DNA of 59,988 bases, counting the filler, from Sanchytrium tribonematis (lineage: Eukaryota), in the NCBI GenBank assembly GCA_018985235.1. It is 6 parts of 6 records of this genome, joined end to end, with 100 filler letters (N's around TTAATTAATTAA, not from the genome) between each part and the next. Parts side by side here need not be neighbours in the genome. Positions count along the whole stretch, not along the records: positions 29,608 to 35,643 come from JADGIG010000559.1; positions 35,744 to 41,741 come from JADGIG010000560.1; positions 41,842 to 47,828 come from JADGIG010000561.1; 3 more parts are not named here. One strand, given 5' to 3'. The notes below the pieces were generated by a model. The model was given only the letters and a program-made list of their open reading frames with translations, ran no database searches and was not told the DNA's origin. Positions 33,392 to 42,645 of the stretch are shown piece by piece (position 1 is the first letter of the stretch; every line of letters begins with the position of its first letter). The translations under genes and the position numbers were made by a program.

Positions 33392-35293
33392 TTATTGAAT
33401 TATTCTTATCATTTCCTCAATTGTCATTGTATTCTTATATCGATATGCAATCTTTCTACCATAATTTAATCCAAATGACAGATATCTCTCGATTATCATC
33501 CGCGGAACTCGCTTATTATGCAATGCGTCTATAAATTGATTAATTCTTTTTAACTGAGCGCATCTACAGGATATATTTCTAGTCAAATTACGTGCATTTT
33601 TTGACCAATGTTTGATGGGTCTCATATTTCTTGAAGAATCACCTTCATTCCAATATATTTTAGCTTCATTTATGGTGTAAATTATTGTTGGTAATTCTAC
33701 ATTTCTGTCTTCTGGTGTCAATACTCTTGTAGGTGGACTAGACGGATCATTGTTGGATGTCCTATTATAGAAATTTCCCAAGGTGGGCTGAAATGTATTA
33801 GGATTAGTATTTTCTACTAGATGGAGTCCTGGATTGGGTGCAATTCTAATATGTGTGCTTTGTTGATTCTCTGAATGAGATTGAGATGTCGAATTGGGTG
33901 TAGAATTGGATGAAAATGGAACAACTGGGGAATGTATTGAATTGGAATGAGTAAATATCTGATGATATTGGTTTGGAAAGTTTGACCATGGAGAAATGAA
34001 ATTGTGAGAAATATTATTCGAGTAAATTTGTTGATGCGTGATTATTGTTTGAAGCATTTCTTTAATTTCAATTACATTTTGCTGATTTTGATAAATGATC
34101 TCCTCTACTGGACGATCAAAATGATCATCTGAGTCTTTAAGATGGTTGTATTTGGAGTAGATTAGCTCATCAATTAAATATGTTCCAATGGTTTTCATAT
34201 CATCAGAATTGGACCAACCTGCCCAATAAAGACAACGGTCGAGGTCCCATTTTCTGTTACTATAGATAAAATGATGACGCAGTCCTCCCTTTCTAAAGCA
34301 GTGGGAAGACATGTCCGCCGAATCAGATCCAACCAATTTCAAGCATTTGCGAAGTATATCCGTATAAACACTAGCACTGCATTTAGTGGTGCTGCTTTTT
34401 AATTTGGGAAAAACAAGACTATCAGGGAACATTGGGCGATTTAAAGATGATACCAAATTGATATATTTTAAAATAAAAGGAATTGGATCTGATACTTTCT
34501 CGGATCCAAACCTGCCAATTATAAACTCACTTTCGCGATAATTCACACTTTTTCTATCATGTAAATTAACAGATAGTTTTTCGCGACCATTTTCAACAAA
34601 ATAACGAATATCACGATATTGTAAACTAAACACTTCGTCTATTCTAAAAACACAATTAAATGCAGTCATCGCAACTGCTTTAAACCATGACAATTCAAAC
34701 TCATTTTCAAATATCTCAGAAACAGATGTATCGGATATTTGCAAATCAAGCAATACCAACAAATCTTTTTCATAGATAGGTCTAGACCCGTGCGAAACAC
34801 GATTTTCTTTTTTGTCGCGTGTAAGACGTGCCTTGAGGCAATTGAAGTAATGTTGAAACTGAATATGCCGGACTGGATTACGCTCTCCCAAATATCCCTT
34901 TCCGTCATAAAAATCTAAAATTGAAGAATAAACACCGTACAAGCCATCATTGCTCAAAGTATTGCTTCGCTGATTCACTTTTATACCATATTCATTATCA
35001 TTTCCAATTACTGCTCTTAATTCAAAGTAAATTTCTAAAATCTCGTGCATATTGTCTGAGGGTGGATCAAAAGAATAAGAAGTGGATTTATAAGTGTTAT
35101 ATTGCGAAATAAATGTCTTTAGACCATATTTTCCAGTAGTATGAGACTTATAGGTTGTAGCTGTACTGGATTTGAGCCGATTTTTCCTAGTTTTCTCAAT
35201 GCTAGATGCAACAGTGTCATTATCGTGATTTGGAGTAGCATAGCTCTTGTATTTTGGCTCAGGTCCTGAAATAAATTTGGTAAACATTTCCAT
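33392..35293 (-). mobile_element. Crypton-like tyrosine recombinase
   Basis: FRIDEV (R), DRKS (K), SHCFRKGG (HxxR), WAGW, TIGTYLIDEL (Y); C-terminal WNEGD...RPIKHW domain after a low-complexity linker. Confidence 0.85.
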
Positions 35294-35643
35294 AGTAAAC
35301 AAGGGGATAAAAAATATTTACTTGTGTGTGTTAAAATGAACTTTAAATATTTAGACCCACCCCTTACTTTCTTATATAATATATTGAATGCCTGAAATTC
35401 AATTTGTTTAGTCATGAATTTCGTAATAATTTCAGTGGGTTCTACATCATCTAATACCGGAATAGGTTGATATTTTTCGCATTGGTCTTCCCACATGGTA
35501 TATATTTCATTGTATAAGGGGGATTCTAACTTGTTAATTAATTGGAATTGAATGACAATTGTGAATGGCGGCAATTTGAAAGTGTCATATTTTAAAAAAG
35601 ATTGAAGAATGGGTTGCAAAGATGGAATAATGTATTTAAAGAA
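35119..35643 (-). CDS. Possible 5'-truncated ORF overlapping the recombinase start
   Basis: Open frame from near the contig end; no motif recognised. Confidence 0.3.
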   Translation of the reverse strand, partial: FFKYIIPSLQPILQSFLKYDTFKLPPFTIVIQFQLINKLESPLYNEIYTMWEDQCEKYQPIPVLDDVEPTEIITKFMTKQIEFQAFNILYKKVRGGSKYLKFILTHTSKYFLSPCLLWKCLPNLFQDLSQNTRAMLLQITIMTLLHLALRKLGKIGSNPVQLQPISLILLENMV

Positions 35644-35743
35644 NNNNNNNNNNNNNNNNNNNNNNNNNNNNNNNNNNNNNNNNNNNNTTAATTAATTAAN
35701 NNNNNNNNNNNNNNNNNNNNNNNNNNNNNNNNNNNNNNNNNNN
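35644..35743. other. Artificial contig linker
   Basis: N44-TTAATTAATTAA-N44. Confidence 0.98.
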
Positions 35744-36462
35744 TTTTCAAACATTTGGGATAAACTGCAAGCAAATGGTAAAATGAAGAGGTAAAGATCT
35801 ATTAATTTATATTGATAGAGGGAAGTAAAGAATAAAACGTAGCTTAAGACTATTAAGACTATTGGTATTGGAGAACGAGTTGAAAATAAATTCTGATCCC
35901 GTGTTTGACTTTATTTTTGTTTATTCTATTCGTGAGAAGGACCCATTTTATTTAGATAAGATAGCTACTACCAAATATTTCAATAGCGCTACTTACATGC
36001 TTAATTGAAAGAGAGAGCAAAGATTTTGACGAAATGCCAGCCATCTGCGCAGCGACTGGTTAATCGAATTTGATGGGTGCTTCACTTTCATAAAGGTCTT
36101 CTTCAAATTTTCCATTCGTAGCGAGAGGGGGCAACAAATTTGCAAGGATCCACCGTGCAGTACTTCATTTCCCGCACAGGATTTTTTAATTTAACTGTTT
36201 AACAGTCATAACTTGCCCGTCTAATGACAAAATTACCCCAAAATTGTAAATTCCGCCATTCAATCCGAATCCCCCGTTTACGTAGAAAAAGAGAAAGAAC
36301 GAGCTCTTTAACATTTCCTGTGCGTTGTCCAACCACAGACCTGCTCAGAGTTTTCTAATACATTTTCAGACCCTGTGATTGGCAATTGTTAAACAACACA
36401 GATCTCTCGGCTCCTGTTTGCCAATGAAATTGATTTAAAAATCAAACGTCCCCCGGGTAGAA

Positions 36463-36813
36463 ATGATGATGCTTTCTTTGATTTTAACTATTTCATATGG
36501 TTCCGAATTTCATCTGTTTAAAAGAGGATCAAGCAGCGACCCCGAATTACACATATTTAAAAGAGATGCGCTACAGGCTGATTTCGGTTTAAATGCTGCC
36601 AATTTGATGGAACTTGTGACTGGAGATGGTGACTTGAAGCCTGAAGATTACATGGTGATTAAACCAGATATGGGCATAGTCAATGAGGCTCAAACGCCTG
36701 AAGGGACCACAATTATAAACCAGCCAGATACCCCTGCAGCAGGACCGACTCCAAAACCAGTGGTGCCGTTTAACCCTGCAGTAGTGGCAGGTGATCCAAC
36801 CTCGATAGCTTGA
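36463..36813 (+). CDS. Small secreted protein with two KR-terminated repeats
   Basis: Signal peptide, then SEFHLFKR and DPELHIFKR; Pro-rich tail. Confidence 0.6.
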   Translation: MMMLSLILTISYGSEFHLFKRGSSSDPELHIFKRDALQADFGLNAANLMELVTGDGDLKPEDYMVIKPDMGIVNEAQTPEGTTIINQPDTPAAGPTPKPVVPFNPAVVAGDPTSIA

Positions 36814-36851
36814 TAAATTAGAAAATAAAAGCTGTCTTTATCTTAATTTAT

Positions 36852-37398
36852 TCACAATATGATGCAGCTACTGCTCTCTTTCTCTTCCATTAAATCTAAT
36901 AATGACTGAAATATAATATCTTTGTTAAAATAAGGTACCAATATTCTTATTTAGTTTCGCAGAACTTTCAATCGCAATGCACTGTTTATCTCCAAATTGA
37001 GAAGCCAACTGTTTAGCGTCTTCAAAAGTGACTTGTCTGTTCTGTAAATCGCACTTATTTCCCACAATAACAATTGGAATACTCTCTAATCCAGTCATTT
37101 GAAGTATTTTATCACGAATAACTTGTAACATTTTAAAGGATTGTTGGGAAGTGATTGAATAAACGAGTATAACGCCATGAATATTTGCAAATTGGGTGTT
37201 GATTAGACTATATTCATCAATGCCAGCAGTGTCATGAATTTCTAATTGGAAAGATTTTGATTTGTATTTGATTAATTTAGAATATGACGCGTTAATGGTG
37301 GGTTGATAGTTATCACTGAATACCCCATCCACATATTGGATAGTTAGACTAGATTTGCCAACTGAAGATGATCCTAAAATGGCTATTCTTCGAATCAT
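36852..37398 (-). CDS. RHB1: Rheb GTPase (2 exons: 37398-36939, 36919-36852)
   Basis: GSSSVGKSSL, YQPTI, DTAGIDEYS, GNKCDL, ESSAK; splicing yields the CaaX box SSCIIL*. Confidence 0.9.
36920..36938 (-). other. 19-nt spliceosomal intron (AAG acceptor)
   Basis: GTACCTTATTTTAACAAAG; restores the C-terminal helix and CaaX box. Confidence 0.92.
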
Positions 37399-37459
37399 TA
37401 GAATTTAAAAAAAGAAATTCTCCTGTTTCACTCCAAATCAGGTGAGATCAAAACATCAT

Positions 37460-38095
37460 TTATTGATTCTCCAATAGCTTCATTACCAAATCAGACCCAC
37501 CCGTCAACATCACTTTCAATGCTGAATCATCAGACAACTTTTCAAAAAGCAACTTTCTCTCAGGATTCCATTGGATCCAGTCAGATAATTCAAATCCAGC
37601 CAATGCCAGACTTGACATGGTGATAAAGCTGTTCATCATTCCAAATTTTCTGTAAATACAGCCAAGTCCACTTGCAAATAAGATACTACCCACAAAAACC
37701 TTTTTTTTCGCGTATAATTTCTCAATGTAGTCAACATACATTTCTCTTTCCAATGGAGTCAATGGCATGGTGCATGTAATGTGACCAAAGATCACACGCA
37801 TCTCATCTGGTTCAAATCTTAATTTTCTCAACATTGACGTTTCTGCGTCCAATTCATGAAATCGCTGACTCACTTGATATCTAGCGTAAATATCAGCAAT
37901 ATGATCTGCCACTGCGTAAATCGGATACTGAATGGTCAACAATGACACGAAATTGATGGATTGACGTCTAAAAATAGTAAATGTGGCAATGAAGCCACAT
38001 GCACTAATAAGACTTTGGATCAACCATCTTTTATTGTCGAAATATCTTAAGAAATCGCGATCTTGTTGCGTAAATGGAACTCTAGGGTCGTTCAT
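37460..38095 (-). CDS. Hypothetical membrane protein with two internal hairpin-like repeats
   Basis: PFTQQDRDFL/PLTPLEREMY and FHELDAETSMLR/FEKLSDDSALK repeats, each with paired hydrophobic segments. Confidence 0.55.
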   Translation of the reverse strand: MNDPRVPFTQQDRDFLRYFDNKRWLIQSLISACGFIATFTIFRRQSINFVSLLTIQYPIYAVADHIADIYARYQVSQRFHELDAETSMLRKLRFEPDEMRVIFGHITCTMPLTPLEREMYVDYIEKLYAKKKVFVGSILFASGLGCIYRKFGMMNSFITMSSLALAGFELSDWIQWNPERKLLFEKLSDDSALKVMLTGGSDLVMKLLENQ

Positions 38096-38191
38096 GTTGT
38101 CGAATTGGAGTTGAACCTGTAAGAAAAAAGATTCAGGAAAATAACAATGATACAAACCCTATACCCCGCACATGATTTAAAATACTTTTAT

Positions 38192-38455
38192 TTACTCGAC
38201 AAACACTTGAGAATACAATGGGTCACTCTGAATACATTTCATGGTTAATTTTCCTTTCTCCAATAATTCCATCACCAGATCAATCAATTGAGTTCTTCTG
38301 ACTCCTTTACAATACAAATAAGTAATTGGATATTTTACACTAGCTGCTTTCAATGCATTTCTTATGTTCACAGATTTAGACAAATCATCAGAAATACCAC
38401 ATTGAATGGATTTCTGTTTATATAATGACGTAGATATAAATCTAGTTACTTCCAT
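38192..38455 (-). CDS. Small hypothetical protein
   Basis: ATG ORF ending TAAATAAA. Confidence 0.45.
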   Translation of the reverse strand: MEVTRFISTSLYKQKSIQCGISDDLSKSVNIRNALKAASVKYPITYLYCKGVRRTQLIDLVMELLEKGKLTMKCIQSDPLYSQVFVE

Positions 38456-38688
38456 ATGACTGCAATGAGGTAATAACTTGCTTATGAATCAACGACAAGA
38501 CCAAGTGATCCTGTTTTGCAATATAAATCATTCATTTGTGCAATTTGATTGGCTGCAAACTCATTTTTGAAATTGCCACAATATTAATGTAATCACAAGC
38601 ACCTTGCTTCATTGATTGTCGCTCTTGGAAATCGGTGTGAAATGAAAAGAAATGAAGATTAGAAATCTTGGATAAAACATCGTTTCGT

Positions 38689-40197
38689 TCAATTTGATTC
38701 ATGTTTCCCAAACAACTTTAATAAATCATGTAAATCCACATTCCTTTCAGCCACTTTATCATTCACCAAACAATTCCCTCCATTCCATCGAATATCATAT
38801 ATTTGTGAATAATCATCCTCCAATTTACCCTCTAAATTCACTCCCAAATACACTTTTCCATCTTGTGGTATCCGCGTACCTGATTTAATTCTCAATTTGA
38901 TCCCATTAAAATGCCCAAATGCGACTTTATTCTGTATTAAATGAATCATTGCGAATCCACAATGTGCATCTCCAAAATACCCCACCATATCACTATTAAA
39001 TATGATTTTGGCATCTTTTTCATCCATTAAATTGTATTTCATCAATAAACCATGTGCCATCCAAAAAGAATCCTTGTCTCCAAACATAAATTGATCAAAA
39101 TATGGATTCTCACACATTAAATAACTCATAGCTAATATTTTCATCACTTTATGCTTATTAAATGCCAGTACACTCGAATCTGCTTGTCTTCTGCTATTAA
39201 TATTCAATATTTTCATCATTGGATTTTCAGGGGAAGAAAGCCAATAATCTTTAAAAATTACCATATCTACTGATTTTAAAGCATTTAATAATGTCGTAAT
39301 AGGATTATAATCATCTTGAAATAATGGAAACGCATCAGAATCCAAATAAATGACATGTTTAAATTTCGTATTCAACATGGCAAGTGGTTTTAAATGATAA
39401 TTTCTAGAATCCTCAAATCCTTGATATTCTCTCTTTTTATAGTACTTGCTGTTGACTAAATTGACCACATCCACACCCAATTGACTTAATTTATTGACAT
39501 TTTCAACATTCAAATCATTTGCGTGAAATATCTGTATTTCCATATCAACATGTTTTAATATCCATTTAACTAATATTTCCAGTTCATTCATGATTCCATC
39601 ATATCCACATATAATAATCCCACTCGTATCTGTTTCTACGATGCTCAAATCCATCAATTTGACATTTTCTAATAATTCCGATATTTTCAATTTCATTTCA
39701 TTCATTTTCACATTTTTAAAGTTTTCTCGATCCGGTAATCCCAAATATTGCCTATTTGATGGATTAGATACATTTCTAATATGATTAATCGTATTTAATT
39801 GAAATGTAAATTTTTCAAATATCAAAAAATGCATTTTACCACACTTGACATCATCAAAACATTGAATTTGTTTATGATATGAGTCATATAAAAAGGACTG
39901 ACATGGTATAAATGCACTAGAATCCACAATACACTCTGAAAATCCATTTTCATTTAATACGAAATTATGAATGACATGCTCATGAATAAATGATTTAGCT
40001 GGTTTATCTACTGGATATGGTGATTTAAATCGTGTTTGATTTGGATAAATATGGTCTATAAAACAATTTTGGTTGATTTTTCGTGGAGTTTTAGTTGAAT
40101 TATATCTCCAATATTGGATATTATTACTATGGATGTATTGATGGCAGGAATCATGGTATAGTACCAATTGATATGCATATAAAAGATTAAAAATCAT
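38689..40197 (-). CDS. Mannosyltransferase, GT71 (Mnn1/Mnn2-like)
   Basis: YHLKPLAML, VIYLDSDAFP, IFKDYW, FMFGDKDSFW. Confidence 0.82.
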   Translation of the reverse strand: MIFNLLYAYQLVLYHDSCHQYIHSNNIQYWRYNSTKTPRKINQNCFIDHIYPNQTRFKSPYPVDKPAKSFIHEHVIHNFVLNENGFSECIVDSSAFIPCQSFLYDSYHKQIQCFDDVKCGKMHFLIFEKFTFQLNTINHIRNVSNPSNRQYLGLPDRENFKNVKMNEMKLKISELLENVKLMDLSIVETDTSGIIICGYDGIMNELEILVKWILKHVDMEIQIFHANDLNVENVNKLSQLGVDVVNLVNSKYYKKREYQGFEDSRNYHLKPLAMLNTKFKHVIYLDSDAFPLFQDDYNPITTLLNALKSVDMVIFKDYWLSSPENPMMKILNINSRRQADSSVLAFNKHKVMKILAMSYLMCENPYFDQFMFGDKDSFWMAHGLLMKYNLMDEKDAKIIFNSDMVGYFGDAHCGFAMIHLIQNKVAFGHFNGIKLRIKSGTRIPQDGKVYLGVNLEGKLEDDYSQIYDIRWNGGNCLVNDKVAERNVDLHDLLKLFGKHESN

Positions 40198-40287
40198 TTT
40201 AATAAAATCAAGAAATTGTTTTACAAGCCACAAAAATGAAATAAAGAATTAAAATGGAAGAAATCCTATTCATAGATACATAATAAT

Positions 40288-40575
40288 TTAATGAGTTTTT
40301 AAAAAGACACGATAACTTGAATTCTTATTTTCATCTTTGCTCACTCGTTGTTCATTTGGTAGCTTTCTTAGATCCCGAAAGAGTTGCCTTTTACTTGGCA
40401 CCTCACGATAATTCCAAATACAATTCTCTTTATAAACAATACAGAAAATATTTTCAAATAACAACTTATATTGTCTCCAAGACTCATTGCGAGGTTCTTC
40501 GTGTACTAATTGACGAGCTAATTTCTGTAATTCCAACTTCATTGATTCCGTCAACATCACAATTGCAGCTGCCAT
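40288..40575 (-). CDS. Stand-alone paralogue of the C-terminal module of the adjacent NYN-like protein
   Basis: PRNESWRQYKLLF...KNSSYRVFLK versus PSNESWSQYKLLF...KNSIYRVFLR. Confidence 0.6.
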   Translation of the reverse strand: MAAAIVMLTESMKLELQKLARQLVHEEPRNESWRQYKLLFENIFCIVYKENCIWNYREVPSKRQLFRDLRKLPNEQRVSKDENKNSSYRVFLKTH

Positions 40576-40793
40576 TTTGTCAACAAGTGGTAGCTCTTTT
40601 AAATATTTTTGCTCTCTTTTTATGGAGAGTTATGGTAGGTGCGAGCAAAAATTCTATTGTACCGATTGGGCTACCTGTCGTTGTCGTCTGCCTTGATCAA
40701 AACGACCTTTTTACTTTTACAGACCCTTCTGCAGAGGTAAGTTTTGTTTTGGGGAGCACCTCGCGCATGTGATTTGAAAATCAAAAGCATCAT

Positions 40794-41561
40794 TTATTCC
40801 ATTGTTCTTAAGAATACGCGATAGATGGAATTTTTAATAGTTTCCTTGTCAACACGTGACTCGTCTGACAATTTCTTCATTCTACTAAACAATTGATTTT
40901 TAGATTTCAATCTCTTATAAGTCAATTCCCGATCCTTTTTATAGACGAGGCAATTATATTTCCTGAACAACAACTTGTATTGACTCCAACTTTCATTAGA
41001 AGGAACTTTCAAATTAAATTCAGCAGCTAATTCTTGTAATTGTGATTTCTCTTCATCTGTTAGTGGCTTTGTGGGTTCCTTTTTGTCAGAATCATTGGAT
41101 TTCTTTGTTTTCTTGGCTCTCTTTTTCTTGGATTTCTTTGTCACGGTTTCAAATGTTTTATCATAAAAATCACAATTCTCGCATTCTTGACCAATTAAGC
41201 CCCAGCATTCCTTATAATTTGATTGTACAACATCACAAACATCTATAAAATCAGGATTAGAAGACGCTATAATGTATACATCACATTCAACATCCCCCAT
41301 TATAGATTTCAAGATATCCACTCCAATTTTCATATCTGTTGCATTCTTACCCACGTCTTTCTCAACCAGTACAAGTTCGGCATCTAGAAATATAGGGAAT
41401 TGATCACATTGTTGCGAAGTTAAATAAACAATTGTCTTTTTGATTTCAACGCCATCTTTCTCCATTTCTACTCGTTTCTTTAAATACAAATCAATATTTT
41501 TAGAAGTAATGGGCTGAGTGTCATAATCAATGTAGAGATGCGCCGTTTTTGCATTTGTCAT
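40794..41561 (-). CDS. Degenerate NYN (PIN-fold) domain protein with Lys-rich linker and unknown C-terminal module
   Basis: LYIDYDT, GKNATDMKIGVDI, IIASSNPDF. Confidence 0.65.
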   Translation of the reverse strand: MTNAKTAHLYIDYDTQPITSKNIDLYLKKRVEMEKDGVEIKKTIVYLTSQQCDQFPIFLDAELVLVEKDVGKNATDMKIGVDILKSIMGDVECDVYIIASSNPDFIDVCDVVQSNYKECWGLIGQECENCDFYDKTFETVTKKSKKKRAKKTKKSNDSDKKEPTKPLTDEEKSQLQELAAEFNLKVPSNESWSQYKLLFRKYNCLVYKKDRELTYKRLKSKNQLFSRMKKLSDESRVDKETIKNSIYRVFLRTME

Positions 41562-41741
41562 TTCACAAATTGACACAGTGGGGCATTTGCAATTTATTTT
41601 ATGTCGTGATTGGCTGCCAATTAATTCGCCATTCAATTTAACCAGACACTACCAGGCATAGTCATGAACAACCAAGATATCGCCATTAAAAGATTCAAAG
41701 ATAGATTCAAAAATAGACCCACAAACATCACAAACCCAACC

Positions 41742-41841
41742 NNNNNNNNNNNNNNNNNNNNNNNNNNNNNNNNNNNNNNNNNNNNTTAATTAATTAANNN
41801 NNNNNNNNNNNNNNNNNNNNNNNNNNNNNNNNNNNNNNNNN
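41742..41841. other. Artificial contig linker
   Basis: N44-TTAATTAATTAA-N44. Confidence 0.98.
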
Positions 41842-42255
41842 ACAACCAGCAACAATATTGTGGAAGTCGCACAATGTCTAGGTATTGAGGCCGCCAGAAG
41901 TACTATAATATCTGAAATTAAATACACTCTTGGTCAACACGGACTTGGTGTAGATCCTCGACATGTGATGCTATTGGGTGACGTGATGTGCTCGAAAGGC
42001 GAAGTTTTAGGAGTTACCAGATTTGGCTTAGGAAAAATGAAGGATTCAGCACTTATGTTGGCAAGTTTTGAGAAAACGGATGAGCAGCTAATTAACGCGT
42101 CTCTTTATAGCAAATGTGATTCTACAAAGGGCGTGAGTGAAGCAGTTGTCCTTGGAAAACCAGCTTCAATCGGGACTGGAATGTTCAATGTTTTAAGAGA
42201 TATAGAACCTAAAAAAATGAAACCAACTTCAACTTTTCTATTCAGCAGTCAGTAA
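41842..42255 (+). CDS. RPC1: RNA polymerase III largest subunit, C-terminal fragment
   Basis: LGIEAARSTIISEI, DPRHVMLLGDVM..KGEVLGVTRFGLGKMKDSALMLASFEKT. Confidence 0.93.
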   Translation, partial: TTSNNIVEVAQCLGIEAARSTIISEIKYTLGQHGLGVDPRHVMLLGDVMCSKGEVLGVTRFGLGKMKDSALMLASFEKTDEQLINASLYSKCDSTKGVSEAVVLGKPASIGTGMFNVLRDIEPKKMKPTSTFLFSSQ

Positions 42256-42264
42256 ATTTATTTT

Positions 42265-42609
42265 CTATACTTCATTTGGGTTCAACAACATGTTTGGGAT
42301 TCCATCTCTGATTAAAAATATATGATTGCATTTTCTACACTCCATCTGTCCTTGAGTGACTTCAATGCACATTAAAACCTTGTGAAGCACAGCTAAATCG
42401 CAATTTGCGATATCCTCAGGTAGATCAGTATTGAACAATTTAGCCATTGATACAACAACTGGATAATCAATTTTTTGCAAAACATTTTTCATAAACTCTT
42501 CACTATATTCAGACTCGACAATTTCTGATTCATTGGCTTTTAAATCCAAGGGATAGTGGCCACAATTTTTGACATTGCACATCATGATATTGTGGGTGAA
42601 TAATTTCAT
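42265..42609 (-). CDS. TRM112: Methyltransferase activator Trm112
   Basis: MKLFTHNIMMC, CRKCNHIFLIRDGIPNMLLNPNEV. Confidence 0.95.
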   Translation of the reverse strand: MKLFTHNIMMCNVKNCGHYPLDLKANESEIVESEYSEEFMKNVLQKIDYPVVVSMAKLFNTDLPEDIANCDLAVLHKVLMCIEVTQGQMECRKCNHIFLIRDGIPNMLLNPNEV

Positions 42610-42645
42610 CTAAAAGGAGACTCCATGTAAAATTTAGTCATAATT

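Noticed and set aside
33392..35293. Starship captain or DIRS retroelement recombinase
   Set aside because: The HCFRKGG/WAGW/YLIDEL pattern fits Crypton-type proteins better; no RT/RNase H is visible, although the contig is truncated
35993..36115. 40-aa minus-strand ORF (MENLKKTFMKVK...) after a CCCCCT motif
   Set aside because: Too short and has no recognisable motif; cannot be supported
38117..38164. 48-nt intron joining ATG TGC GGG to ORF 37460-38155
   Set aside because: In frame with a pyrimidine tract, but it lacks the -6 A consensus and 19-nt length and has no homology support; left unresolved
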